From Fidelibacterota bacterium (GTDB lineage Bacteria > Fidelibacterota > Marinisomatia > Marinisomatales > TCS55), in the NCBI GenBank assembly GCA_004124385.1, contig SCKN01000001.1, positions 246,606 through 278,605 on the forward strand: a stretch of DNA of 32,000 nucleotides, given 5' to 3'. Of the stretch, positions 8,707 through 17,793 are shown piece after piece. The stretch's first letter is position 1; every line of letters starts with the position of its first letter. Made by a program: the position numbers and the translations under genes. The notes under the pieces were generated by a model, which was given only the letters and a program-made list of their open reading frames with translations, was not told the DNA's origin and did no database searches.

Positions 8707-10065
8707 TTAGAATTCCATATTTATAGAAAAACGCATTGTATTGGCCAGAGGATGGTCGGGTGCACCAGAAGTATAACCAAAATCAAAACCGTAGTTTGCA
8801 AATCGCAAACCAACACCAAACGTTGGATTCATGATTTTTCCAGTTTTATCGTAATAATACCCTGCGCGTAAAGCAAAATATTTTCCATACCAATATTCCA
8901 TGCCAACATTGTGCACAAGCTTATCAAGTTCATTCATTATTGTACGTTTTTTTGCGCTACCCACTTCTTTTTGTCCGTATTCATTATAAGCACCCCAACC
9001 GTCGTCACCGGGCTCACCTTCTGTAGCAATCATTTCACCTTCAGCAACATCAATTTCACCATTACCATTATCATCATTCCAACGGTAACCACCTATAATA
9101 TGATCGTATTCGTCGCTTGATGTTCTCGTCATATCCATATCACCACCAATTAGCCAATCATCGACCCAAGATGTAAATATTCCTATATAGATTGGATCAG
9201 AATGAGCTCTTTCATGTTGTCCATCGCTATTATACTCTGCATTCTTATCAGATTTATGACCTTCTTCATCATAACCACCAATATAACCATCACCATCCCA
9301 GTCCATATCAGGATATGCTGCAACAAGGAGCTTATCTACATCATAGACCAAAGAGAGTTTATTGAACTCTGAATTGACTAAAGCATAGTTAAATCCAAGT
9401 GTGAAATTAGTTGGCTGGGGATCTGCTTGAGCAGGATCGATAAATGACACTTTGGGTCCTATATTAGTGATGGTTAACCCAATAGTAAGATTTGGAGAAA
9501 GAAACTCTTTTCTTAAATATCCAATATCAAATCCAAAGTCTGTAGATGTTCCTTTTCCCTTTTCACCACCTGCACCAAATTCAGTAAGATGCTGATAGGA
9601 GACTTTAGCATTAATCCCCAGCGACGATTTGGGGGATAATAATGAACTATAAGATAATGTGAAAGCCATCATATAGCTGGTAAATGTACCCAGATAATCT
9701 TCCGCAGATTCACCCATACGAATTTGTTCGCCTAGGTTTAAGTAAATAAGATGCCCACCAAGTGTACCTAAATATGGAAAATGTTTGCGATAAGCAAAAA
9801 ATTCGTAATACATATCATCAGCTAAATTGGGTAGCCAGTTTACGTGCATGAGGGCCATTTCTGATCCTTTTAGAAAGGCTAATCCGGCTGGATTCCAAAA
9901 GCTTGCATAAGCATCATCCGCAACGGCAACATGCGCTTCGCCCATCCCACCAGCACGAGCGCCGGGAGAAATAAGTAAAAAGATGGCTCCAGCTTCACTT
10001 TGGCCATATAAAGGGCGTGAAAATGTTAAAAAGGCCATGGTTGCGACCATGATCAATCGTTTCAT
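8707..10065 (-). CDS. PorV/PorQ-family (FadL-like) outer-membrane beta-barrel protein with a ~125-aa acidic Ca2+-binding-type insertion
   Basis: 452 aa with a signal peptide (MVATMAFLTFSRPLYGQ). The N-terminal motif SPGARAGGMGEAHVAVADDAYASFWNPAGLAF is the PorV/LptO-type signature. The sequence shows an alternating beta-strand pattern and the terminal RFSINMEF. An AGGAG Shine-Dalgarno (10075..10079) lies 9 nt upstream of the ATG. Confidence 0.7.
   Translation of the reverse strand: MKRLIMVATMAFLTFSRPLYGQSEAGAIFLLISPGARAGGMGEAHVAVADDAYASFWNPAGLAFLKGSEMALMHVNWLPNLADDMYYEFFAYRKHFPYLGTLGGHLIYLNLGEQIRMGESAEDYLGTFTSYMMAFTLSYSSLLSPKSSLGINAKVSYQHLTEFGAGGEKGKGTSTDFGFDIGYLRKEFLSPNLTIGLTITNIGPKVSFIDPAQADPQPTNFTLGFNYALVNSEFNKLSLVYDVDKLLVAAYPDMDWDGDGYIGGYDEEGHKSDKNAEYNSDGQHERAHSDPIYIGIFTSWVDDWLIGGDMDMTRTSSDEYDHIIGGYRWNDDNGNGEIDVAEGEMIATEGEPGDDGWGAYNEYGQKEVGSAKKRTIMNELDKLVHNVGMEYWYGKYFALRAGYYYDKTGKIMNPTFGVGLRFANYGFDFGYTSGAPDHPLANTMRFSINMEF
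9040..9075 (-). other. Canonical EF-hand Ca2+-binding loop (DDNGNGEIDVAE) inside the PorV-like protein insertion
   Basis: Aa 331-342 fit D-x-[DNS]-x-[DNS]-G-x-[ILV]-[DSTN]-x-x-E at every constrained position. The codons were read directly from the reverse strand. Confidence 0.6.
9268..9303 (-). other. DxDxDG-type Ca2+-binding loop (DWDGDGYIGGYD) inside the PorV-like protein insertion
   Basis: Aa 255-266 carry a D-x-D-x-D-G core, I at position 8 and an acidic residue at position 12. The loop is less canonical than the 9040..9075 one. Confidence 0.45.
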
Positions 10066-10162
10066 CGGTATGTTCTCCTGTTTTGACGGTTATCCCGTCG
10101 TATTATTCTATTATTAATTAATAACGATTTTGTTTCGATTTTGCTCCTTTTTAACGCCGGCG

Positions 10163-10192
10163 AATATATCTCGTGTATGTATCAATAGTCAA
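10163..10192 (-). promoter_or_regulatory. Candidate sigma70-type promoter for the PorV-like gene cluster
   Basis: On the minus strand, TTGACT (10192..10187) is followed by a 17-18 nt spacer and then ATATAT/TATATT (10169..10163). It sits in the largest intergenic gap of the window (10066..10224), about 100 nt upstream of the ATG. AT-rich DNA gives such matches by chance, and FCB promoters may differ. Confidence 0.3.
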
Positions 10193-10224
10193 GAAATGAA
10201 TAATTCATGTGATTGTTCCCACAT

Positions 10225-12033
10225 TTACTTTAGTAACCCAAGTGAAATGATTGGAACATAAGTAATAAGCAATACTGCGATAAATCGAACAATAAAAAAA
10301 GGTAACGTCGCTTTATAAATTGTTGGCATATCCTTATTAAAACGATAAGCAGATAAAAATAAATTTATCCCTACCGGTGGAGTTACAAAACCAAGTTCTA
10401 GATTCGCTATGAAAATAATTGCTAGATGAATAGGATCAATTCCAAAATGAAGCCCTAATGGCATAATGAGTGGAACAATAACAATAATAGCTGAAAAAAT
10501 ATCCATGAGACAACCAACAGCTAAAAGCAAAATATTCAACATTAATAAGAAAACAAATTTTGATGAAATTGTTGCTTTAACCCAAGAAAGTAATTGACTG
10601 GGTATTTCTGCATCAACAAGATAGCTCGTCAATCCCATGGCAACACCCATAATGATTAACACCCCACCAATCAATGTTGCACAACTCAAAACAATTTGTG
10701 GAAAATCACTCATTTTTAAATCTTTATATACATAAACTTCTATTACAAAAGTATAAAAAACCAAAATAGCTGCCGTTTCCACTAAAGTAGTGAATCCACC
10801 AAAAACACCAAACAACACTAAAAAGGGAATTAACATTTCCCATTTTGCTGCCCATAAAGCAGAACCTATATTTTTAACATTAAATGAGATTGTTTTATGA
10901 TTTTGCTTTTTATCTTGAAAAATAGCCCAACTCGCCACTGCTAAAACAAGTACAATTCCAGGAATAAAACCTGCTATAAAAATATCTTTAACAGATACTC
11001 CAGCCGTCACTCCAAAAAGTATTACCGGCAAACTGGGTGGAAATAGTAAACCTAAAGAACCAGCCACAGTAATCAATCCCAGTGAAAACATTTCATTATA
11101 TCCTTCTTTTCTCAATAACGGATAAAGTAAACCGCCTAAAGCTAAAATTGTTACTCCAGAGCCACCAGTAAGCGCAGTAAAAAAGCCACTGAGGAACACA
11201 ATAACAATTGGAGTACCGCCGGGGATCCAACCAAATAACACCCTAAATACATTAAACATTCTTTGTGAAGAACCGCTTTCAGCTAAAATGTATCCAGCCA
11301 ATGTGAATAAGGGAATTGTAGGTAATGCAGGTGAAAGGGCAATCCGGTAAGCCTCTGCAGGTATAGCAGCAATAGATATATTATCGCTCCAAAATAGAAG
11401 GCCTGCAATTCCTCCCAAACCCACAAAGATTGGAGCACCGTAATAAAGGGAAACAAGAATGGCGACAATACCAATAATAAGGATGAATGTATTTTCATTA
11501 AACGCATCAGAAAATGCAATAAACATCCACACAAAAGCCATTATTAACATAGAACTACGCATCATACGGTTATTAAAACTGCTATAAAATACTTGGATGG
11601 CCATTAGCGTGAAACCCACAGGCATTATAGCTTGGGCAAACCATCGTGGAATATTTTGAGCAATATCAAAAGGGTGTTGAAATTCAATTCTAATCAAACT
11701 CCAACTTCCCCACATCAATGAAATAATAACAATAAATGAAATGTTTTTCGCTAACCAACGCCCAAAATGAAACTCCTCATCAGCTTGAAATAAGGGTTTT
11801 GTTGTTAGAGCTAATAATTTATTTTGACGGGTAGCCAGGACTGCACCAACAAATCCGATCCAAAGAGTCATGTGCTGTACCAAAATGATCGATGCGGGCA
11901 CTCCTGACCTACCAAACAATCGGGATAATGTTTCAAATGCAGGTAGAAATGCTAAAAGAAAAAATACAGTTAAAGCAAGAATGTCCTCGCCGCCTTGGAG
12001 ACGTTGAGTGATTGGCTTTTTTTGCCTAGCCAT
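10225..12033 (-). CDS. TRAP transporter fused small/large permease (DctQ-DctM fusion; TatQM-like)
   Basis: 602 aa and polytopic. The N-terminal ~165 aa are a DctQ-like 4-TM module. The rest is DctM-like (PLFTLAGYILAESGSSQRMFNVFRVLFGWIPGG, LGLLFPPSLPVILFG, ELGFVTPPVGINLF). The start overlaps the upstream stop as TAATG. Confidence 0.85.
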   Translation of the reverse strand: MARQKKPITQRLQGGEDILALTVFFLLAFLPAFETLSRLFGRSGVPASIILVQHMTLWIGFVGAVLATRQNKLLALTTKPLFQADEEFHFGRWLAKNISFIVIISLMWGSWSLIRIEFQHPFDIAQNIPRWFAQAIMPVGFTLMAIQVFYSSFNNRMMRSSMLIMAFVWMFIAFSDAFNENTFILIIGIVAILVSLYYGAPIFVGLGGIAGLLFWSDNISIAAIPAEAYRIALSPALPTIPLFTLAGYILAESGSSQRMFNVFRVLFGWIPGGTPIVIVFLSGFFTALTGGSGVTILALGGLLYPLLRKEGYNEMFSLGLITVAGSLGLLFPPSLPVILFGVTAGVSVKDIFIAGFIPGIVLVLAVASWAIFQDKKQNHKTISFNVKNIGSALWAAKWEMLIPFLVLFGVFGGFTTLVETAAILVFYTFVIEVYVYKDLKMSDFPQIVLSCATLIGGVLIIMGVAMGLTSYLVDAEIPSQLLSWVKATISSKFVFLLMLNILLLAVGCLMDIFSAIIVIVPLIMPLGLHFGIDPIHLAIIFIANLELGFVTPPVGINLFLSAYRFNKDMPTIYKATLPFFIVRFIAVLLITYVPIISLGLLK

Positions 12034-13046
12034 TATTCAGATATTTGCTTCAATGCGTCCAATGAATCTTTTTCAGCCATGTATCCTGTGACTATGTCAA
12101 AAATTTCTTCTGACACATATTTTCCCCTTATTTCAGGATACCATGTTTTTAAATAATTTTTCCAATGTTCTTTTTCTTCTGTGGTGGGTTTATAAACCGT
12201 CAATCCGTATTCCTGCATTACTTTAATTGCTTCATTATCCATATGACGTGTTTTTTGTTGATGCATTATGCCAATATCACGCGCGATGGATTTCATTTTA
12301 ACTTGATTTTCTGTAGAAATTCGATTCCAAATTCTTTTATCAATGATCACTGCAGCTGTTAACAATCCCCAGTTAATATCAAGCATATAATTGGCCGTAG
12401 CAAACCATTGTTGTGACAAAGCATATAATGGTGTTGTTGCAATTGCATTTATAAGACCCGTTTGAAATCCTGATAATACATCTATCGAAGCCAAAGGCAC
12501 AGCTTGAAATCCTGCACGTTCCCATAAGTTTTGAGTACGATAATCACCTGCCCATGTAAAAATTTTCTTATCCTTGAGATCATCTAAATAAACTATCGGT
12601 TCTGATGTAAACCACTTGGCCCAACCAATATCAGCCCACAATAGAACTTCAAATCCATTGTTTTTTATTCCTTCCTCAAGATGAGAAGACATTTTTTGCC
12701 TGAGCCAATCGACATCGTCATAATCATCAAAAATCAACGGAATAACAAATCCTGTAACATCTGGATTAATTTCAGATAAGCCTTCAGATGATATAGCCGC
12801 AGCATGAATTTGACCTATTCTCATTTTTCGAATCATATCTCGTTCATCACCTACAACTCCACCTGGATAAATTCGTAACACTATTTGTCCATTAGTTGCT
12901 TCTTTCCAACGTTGTCCCAGTTCAACAAGCATGCCATGCCAATCAGTACCTTCAGGAACTAATGTTGCCATTTTAATAATAGTTTTTTTGGCGGTGGCTT
13001 CACCCATTAACAAGAGACAAAAGACTATGCGGTATAAAGTATTCAT
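12033..13046 (-). CDS. TRAP transporter DctP-type periplasmic solute-binding protein (TatP-like)
   Basis: 337 aa with a signal peptide. The layout is that of a DctP-family SBP (KMATLVPEGTDWH..., IYPGGVVGDERDMIRKMRIGQIHAA...). The ATG directly abuts the stop of the upstream TatT-like gene (TAAATG). Confidence 0.8.
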   Translation of the reverse strand: MNTLYRIVFCLLLMGEATAKKTIIKMATLVPEGTDWHGMLVELGQRWKEATNGQIVLRIYPGGVVGDERDMIRKMRIGQIHAAAISSEGLSEINPDVTGFVIPLIFDDYDDVDWLRQKMSSHLEEGIKNNGFEVLLWADIGWAKWFTSEPIVYLDDLKDKKIFTWAGDYRTQNLWERAGFQAVPLASIDVLSGFQTGLINAIATTPLYALSQQWFATANYMLDINWGLLTAAVIIDKRIWNRISTENQVKMKSIARDIGIMHQQKTRHMDNEAIKVMQEYGLTVYKPTTEEKEHWKNYLKTWYPEIRGKYVSEEIFDIVTGYMAEKDSLDALKQISE

Positions 13047-13898
13047 TTAGTAAAAGAGCTCATCTGTTCTAGAAAGTAACCAAAGTGCCCGTTTACGGGC
13101 AATCATATTTCCCAATGATAATTCCTTATTTTTTTCTAAATCCATAGCTAATACTTCATTAAGCAATGTAACAAATTTGTCCTTTTCTTGTATGGATACT
13201 AGTACATTTTCAGCAAATGAAACTTTAGCTCCAGCATCTTGATTACTTGAAAATAACATAGCTTGTCTATAATGTATTTTTGCATTTTCAACATTATTCC
13301 CCAATAGATCAGTTCGAGCCATTGAATAGGAAATCAATGCAGAATGAATAGCCCCAAAATTCCATGCTGGATAAATCACCAGGGCTTTTTCCAATAAATA
13401 GCCAACAATCGGAAGTTGAATTACCCACTTGGCTTTTCCTCTGCTTGATCCAATTGCACCTCCATAAGCAGCACCGAGCCAATACAAATACGGTACATCA
13501 TTTTCGGTAAATGTTACGTCTTCTGTAATCCAATCCATCATATTTTGTAGTTGAGGATGACGAAGTTGTAAAGATGTTTTTCCATGGGAAATAGCCAGTT
13601 CAAAACTTTCTACTGCTTTTAAATAAAGGTCCTTTCCTGATTCATAATCACTTTCAATTATACGATCTGCTTTCTCAACCATAAACGCATACGTAAATTG
13701 TGTCCGTAATTTTGTAGCATCCAAATAAAGTATTGCATCATTGCCATCAAGTTTTTTCTCGGCTTTTACTACTTTGCGATAAAAAACATCATTCGCAAAA
13801 TCAGGATAATTCACCAAATAATACGCAGTGGAACAGGATGTAAACCATAAGCTCATGGATAAAGAAATTATTATTTGAAAAAAACGATTAGTTAACAT
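13047..13898 (-). CDS. TRAP-transporter-associated TatT-family TPR lipoprotein
   Basis: 283 aa with a lipoprotein signal (SLWFTSC) and all-helical TPR-like repeats. It is the first gene of a T-P-QM unit. The blocks YLYWLGAAYGGAIG and the C-terminal NMIARKRALWLLSRTDELFY match my recollection of the TatT family (Treponema pallidum Tp0956 type). Confidence 0.65.
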   Translation of the reverse strand: MLTNRFFQIIISLSMSLWFTSCSTAYYLVNYPDFANDVFYRKVVKAEKKLDGNDAILYLDATKLRTQFTYAFMVEKADRIIESDYESGKDLYLKAVESFELAISHGKTSLQLRHPQLQNMMDWITEDVTFTENDVPYLYWLGAAYGGAIGSSRGKAKWVIQLPIVGYLLEKALVIYPAWNFGAIHSALISYSMARTDLLGNNVENAKIHYRQAMLFSSNQDAGAKVSFAENVLVSIQEKDKFVTLLNEVLAMDLEKNKELSLGNMIARKRALWLLSRTDELFY

Positions 13899-13941
13899 GG
13901 GGTTGAATTTAGATATTTTATTGAAAAAGATAGGAAAATGA

Positions 13942-15240
13942 TCAATTCAACAGATCATCATAGAGAGGAAAAGAATAGCATAACTCTTTAACAGTAGCAT
14001 TGACATGATTGATTATGTTATCATTTTCCGGATCAACAATTATTTGATCAATCAAATCGCAAATAATTAACATTTGCTCCTCTTTTAAACCACGAGTAGT
14101 CACAGCAGGAGTCCCAATACGAATTCCACTTGTAACAAAGGGGCTACGTTCATCAAAGGGAACCATATTTTTATTTACAGTGATGCCGGCTTTTTCAAGT
14201 GCAAGTTCAGCAGCTTTACCTGTAATACCCTTATTCGTCAAATCAATTAAAATAACATGAGTATCTGTTCCACCTGAAACCAAATGATAATCTTTTTTCA
14301 AAAAAGCATCTGCAAGAGCTTGGGCATTTTTAACAATTTGATTTGTATAAACTTTAAAAGAAGGTTGCAATGCTTCACCAAAGGCTACTGCTTTGGCCGC
14401 AATGATATGCATTAATGGGCCACCTTGAATTCCCGGCATAACCATGGAATCTATTAATTCAGACATATTTTTCACACGGCCTGATTTTGGAGCCACAACA
14501 CCAAATGGGTTTTCCATATCTTTGCCCATCATAATCATACCACCTCGTGGTCCACGTAAAGTTTTATGAGTTGTAGTTGTTACCACATCACAAAACGGCA
14601 TGGGTGAAGGATGAAGACCGGTTGCTATCAATCCCGCAGGATGAGCAATATCAGCCATTAAGAATGCACCAATCTCATCAGCAATATTTTTAAAATCCTG
14701 AAATTCAATAAATCTTGGATATGCACTTCCGCCACAGATAATCAACTTCGGTCTATGCTCTTTAGCTAATTTTCTGACTTCATCAAAAATAACTCGACCT
14801 GTTTTCCTATCAACCTGATAAGAAACTACATTAAATAGTTTTCCAGAAAAATTCACAGGACTACCATGAGTCAAATGACCGCCATGAGCCAAGTCAAGAC
14901 CCATAATTAAATCACCGGTTTTTAAAAATGTGAGCAACACCGCCATATTAGCTTGAGAACCGGAATGAGGCTGAACATTTACATATTCAGCATTAAACAG
15001 CTTTTTGGCACGATCCCTTGCTAAATTTTCGGCTTCATCCACATGTTCGCATCCACCGTAGTATCGTCGCCCAGGATACCCTTCTGCGTACTTGTTGGTC
15101 ATTACTCCGCCAGCCATTTCCAAAACTGGATAACTGACAAAGTTTTCTGATGCGATTAATTCGAGGGTTGCTTTTTCACGCACCACTTCTCGCATTAATA
15201 TATTATATAATTCAGGGTCAGCATCTTTAAGATAATTCAA
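13942..15240 (-). CDS. glyA: Serine hydroxymethyltransferase
   Basis: 432 aa. It carries [30 protein letters not shown] and the PLP-lysine signature [15 protein letters not shown]. The start codon at 15240..15238 is TTG. The only upstream alternative is blocked by a stop at 15253..15255, and the first ATG (aa 16) would remove conserved N-terminal sequence. Confidence 0.95.
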   Translation of the reverse strand: MNYLKDADPELYNILMREVVREKATLELIASENFVSYPVLEMAGGVMTNKYAEGYPGRRYYGGCEHVDEAENLARDRAKKLFNAEYVNVQPHSGSQANMAVLLTFLKTGDLIMGLDLAHGGHLTHGSPVNFSGKLFNVVSYQVDRKTGRVIFDEVRKLAKEHRPKLIICGGSAYPRFIEFQDFKNIADEIGAFLMADIAHPAGLIATGLHPSPMPFCDVVTTTTHKTLRGPRGGMIMMGKDMENPFGVVAPKSGRVKNMSELIDSMVMPGIQGGPLMHIIAAKAVAFGEALQPSFKVYTNQIVKNAQALADAFLKKDYHLVSGGTDTHVILIDLTNKGITGKAAELALEKAGITVNKNMVPFDERSPFVTSGIRIGTPAVTTRGLKEEQMLIICDLIDQIIVDPENDNIINHVNATVKELCYSFPLYDDLLN

Positions 15241-15260
15241 AACTAAACTCTTCTATCAAT

Positions 15261-16526
15261 TTACCACTTTGATTCTTTTTTAAGTTTTTCATTTATCCAA
15301 TTATAACAACTACTTCGAGGTGTTACATATCCTTGATTTTTTACATCATCATCAAGCATAAACCATTGTGTTTTCTTAAACAATACTTCATTTTCACTCA
15401 ACCAGGAATTGGAGTATTTAAAACGACTATAGCCAAGTTCATTTGCTTTATTAAAGTTTCTATTTGCAAATGTTGCTACCACTCTATCATCCAATGATAT
15501 TGCGGGGCTCCTGCAATCCTGAAATGATTTATAATATACATTTCCTTTTCTACCGTATGATTCACCATTATTTCTATCAATAGAAATAGCCTTATCAGCC
15601 CAGCGTAATGCTTTTGCATATTTTTGGTTTGCTGTATTTACATCACAAATTTTTAATGCAATATTAATATCTCGTGGATTCAACTCAAAAAGTTCCTCAT
15701 AAGCATTTGATGACTTATTCAAATCATCAGCGCTGAAATATGCTTGCCCAAGCTTTCGAAAAGCCAATTTACTGGTTTTATCCAATCGAATAACTTTATT
15801 CAACACATCAACAGCTTCATCGGGTTCATCATTTGATAGTAGTCGATCCGCTAGATCTAAGCCATACGAAACATTATCCGAATTATTTTCAAAGCGTTTT
15901 CTATAAACATCCAATGGATCCTTACCCGTTTTTTCATATACAAGAGCAATTTCGCTTTGTGCTTTTTCATTCGTTGGATCTTTTTCCAAAATCTGTTCTA
16001 GAAAATCTATTTGATCATTATACAATCCTTGATCTCCATATAATTCTGATAAGTCCATTACAATATCCAAATCATTAGGCATTAATTCAATCAATCGATT
16101 TAATTCTGCAATCTGTAAATCTTTTTTATTTTGTTTCGAATATGCGTAGACCAGACGTTTACGCAATTGCACATTATTAGGCAATAGTTGCAACCCTTTC
16201 ACTAATACAAATTCAGAACTGTCATATTCACCTAAAAATTCATAAGCAATAGCATAATATTGATAAACTTCTTGTGGGTCATCGCGATCACATCCTAAAT
16301 CAACAATGTCTCTATACACGTTGATTGTCGATTGCCAGTCCCTATTTTTATAATATTCAGCAGCGCTACTTAATAACCTTGGACAACGAACATCACGTAA
16401 AGAGTCTAAATATGCTTCATAAGCTGCATCTTCATCTCCTTGTCCATCTTCTGGTGGAACACACATTGATAAAAACAATGCTGCTACAGCAATGGTGATT
16501 ATTTTTATTATATGAATTGATTTCAT
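15261..16526 (-). CDS. TPR-repeat lipoprotein, function unknown
   Basis: The track ORF begins at a TTG (16559) inside the upstream gene. The ATG at 16526 gives the lipoprotein signal MKSIHIIKIITIAVAALFLSMC and is preceded by GAGGT about 8 nt upstream. Multiple TPR-like repeats occur throughout. Confidence 0.7.
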   Translation of the reverse strand: MKSIHIIKIITIAVAALFLSMCVPPEDGQGDEDAAYEAYLDSLRDVRCPRLLSSAAEYYKNRDWQSTINVYRDIVDLGCDRDDPQEVYQYYAIAYEFLGEYDSSEFVLVKGLQLLPNNVQLRKRLVYAYSKQNKKDLQIAELNRLIELMPNDLDIVMDLSELYGDQGLYNDQIDFLEQILEKDPTNEKAQSEIALVYEKTGKDPLDVYRKRFENNSDNVSYGLDLADRLLSNDEPDEAVDVLNKVIRLDKTSKLAFRKLGQAYFSADDLNKSSNAYEELFELNPRDINIALKICDVNTANQKYAKALRWADKAISIDRNNGESYGRKGNVYYKSFQDCRSPAISLDDRVVATFANRNFNKANELGYSRFKYSNSWLSENEVLFKKTQWFMLDDDVKNQGYVTPRSSCYNWINEKLKKESKW

Positions 16527-16536
16527 TATGCTTACC

Positions 16537-17793
16537 TCACTTCGGTCTTCTTTTAACAAACCACAAATCGCCTAATTGTAAACCAACCGAGAAATGTTGA
16601 ATGTTTTCATTAGAAATAATTTCGCTAGTGCGAATACCATACTTATATGCAAAGTCAATTTGATTATTTGCAAATCCAAATTTAATTCCAAGCCCAATTG
16701 CAATACCCATCTCATCCACACTAACATTATCATATTCCAAAAAATCTTTTCGAAAATATACGCTACCTCTATACTGTAATTTCTGAGAAAACTGAAATGC
16801 AACAGCGGGTGAAAATTTTGCGAACCCTAATGAAAACTGCTGTGACTGCTTTACATAATAAGATATTAAAGGAAAAAGTGATGCCGATTTATCACCATTA
16901 TCCTTCCAACTATGAGCTTCAAACATTAAGTGAACTTTATTTGCCATTAACATATCAAAACCAAATCCCAATTCAATTGGTTTTAATACATTATTATAAA
17001 TATTCAAATCTGCTGTTGGAACACTGGAAGGAGTTGGAATATCAGCGCTATCGTAATAGCCATTTAGGTTAACATCTTCAAATGGTTGAAATGAATGATG
17101 TTTTATTTTTAAAGCATTTAATGATCCACCAAACATGAAATATAAATTCAATGGATTTTTATTTTTATTAAATCGATCCGATGACAAAAATACTTTATAA
17201 AGTGAACCGGAATATATTTGTCTATGGAATTGATGATAACTACGTTGATCAATTGAAAATTTGGCATCTTTACGTAAAGAACCAAATAATACATCTAATT
17301 CAACCGCCATATTTTCTTTATTAGTTAGGGGAAAACAAAAAGCTGTATATAAGGATGAAACTCCTCCAGATCCATCTAGGGATCGCTGCGTAAAAAGAGT
17401 GTCGCCTTCTAAATAAAATTCTGTTTGATTATCAACAATCATATATTGCTGATTAAAAAGAGGCTTCAAACCAAATCCCCAGGCATAATTTTCACCAATT
17501 GAAACTGCAAATTGAGCGCTGCTTATACCAGTTAATCCATTTACTTTTGAATCATTGGAAAATTCATCACCTTTATAATTTGCCGTTAAATATGCAAACT
17601 TCAAATTATTCCATGTAACAGGATTTGAAAGAGAAATATTTTGATTGAATGAAGGAACTATTCCACGACTGGACATAGCTAATGATGCAGCATTATGATT
17701 AAAGGAAATTAATCCAAGACCATACGCATTATGAATTGACTGCCCAAACAAAACAGACATTAATGAAAATAGAATTAGTCTACGGAGCCACAT
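16537..17793 (-). CDS. Putative outer-membrane beta-barrel protein, function unknown
   Basis: I prefer the start at ATG 17793, which gives the signal peptide MWLRRLILFSLMSVLFGQS; ATG 17826 is the alternative. The sequence shows alternating hydrophobic beta-strand patterning with aromatic girdles (GFGLKPLF, LYFMFGG, IELGFGFDM, IAIGLGIKFGF, QIDFAYKYG, HFSVGLQLGDLWF). Confidence 0.6.
   Translation of the reverse strand: MWLRRLILFSLMSVLFGQSIHNAYGLGLISFNHNAASLAMSSRGIVPSFNQNISLSNPVTWNNLKFAYLTANYKGDEFSNDSKVNGLTGISSAQFAVSIGENYAWGFGLKPLFNQQYMIVDNQTEFYLEGDTLFTQRSLDGSGGVSSLYTAFCFPLTNKENMAVELDVLFGSLRKDAKFSIDQRSYHQFHRQIYSGSLYKVFLSSDRFNKNKNPLNLYFMFGGSLNALKIKHHSFQPFEDVNLNGYYDSADIPTPSSVPTADLNIYNNVLKPIELGFGFDMLMANKVHLMFEAHSWKDNGDKSASLFPLISYYVKQSQQFSLGFAKFSPAVAFQFSQKLQYRGSVYFRKDFLEYDNVSVDEMGIAIGLGIKFGFANNQIDFAYKYGIRTSEIISNENIQHFSVGLQLGDLWFVKRRPK

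Noticed and set aside
10111-10124. Perfect 14-bp palindrome TTATTAATTAATAA in the PorV-like gene upstream region
   Set aside because: It is made only of A/T in an AT-rich spacer, so such palindromes are expected by chance and would form no stable structure. I did not count it as a regulatory site.
12017-12023. Homopolymer T7 (A7 on the coding strand) in the first codons of the TRAP permease gene as a possible phase-variation tract
   Set aside because: It encodes Lys-Lys in an AT-rich genome. Runs of this length are common throughout the window, and nothing suggests slippage.
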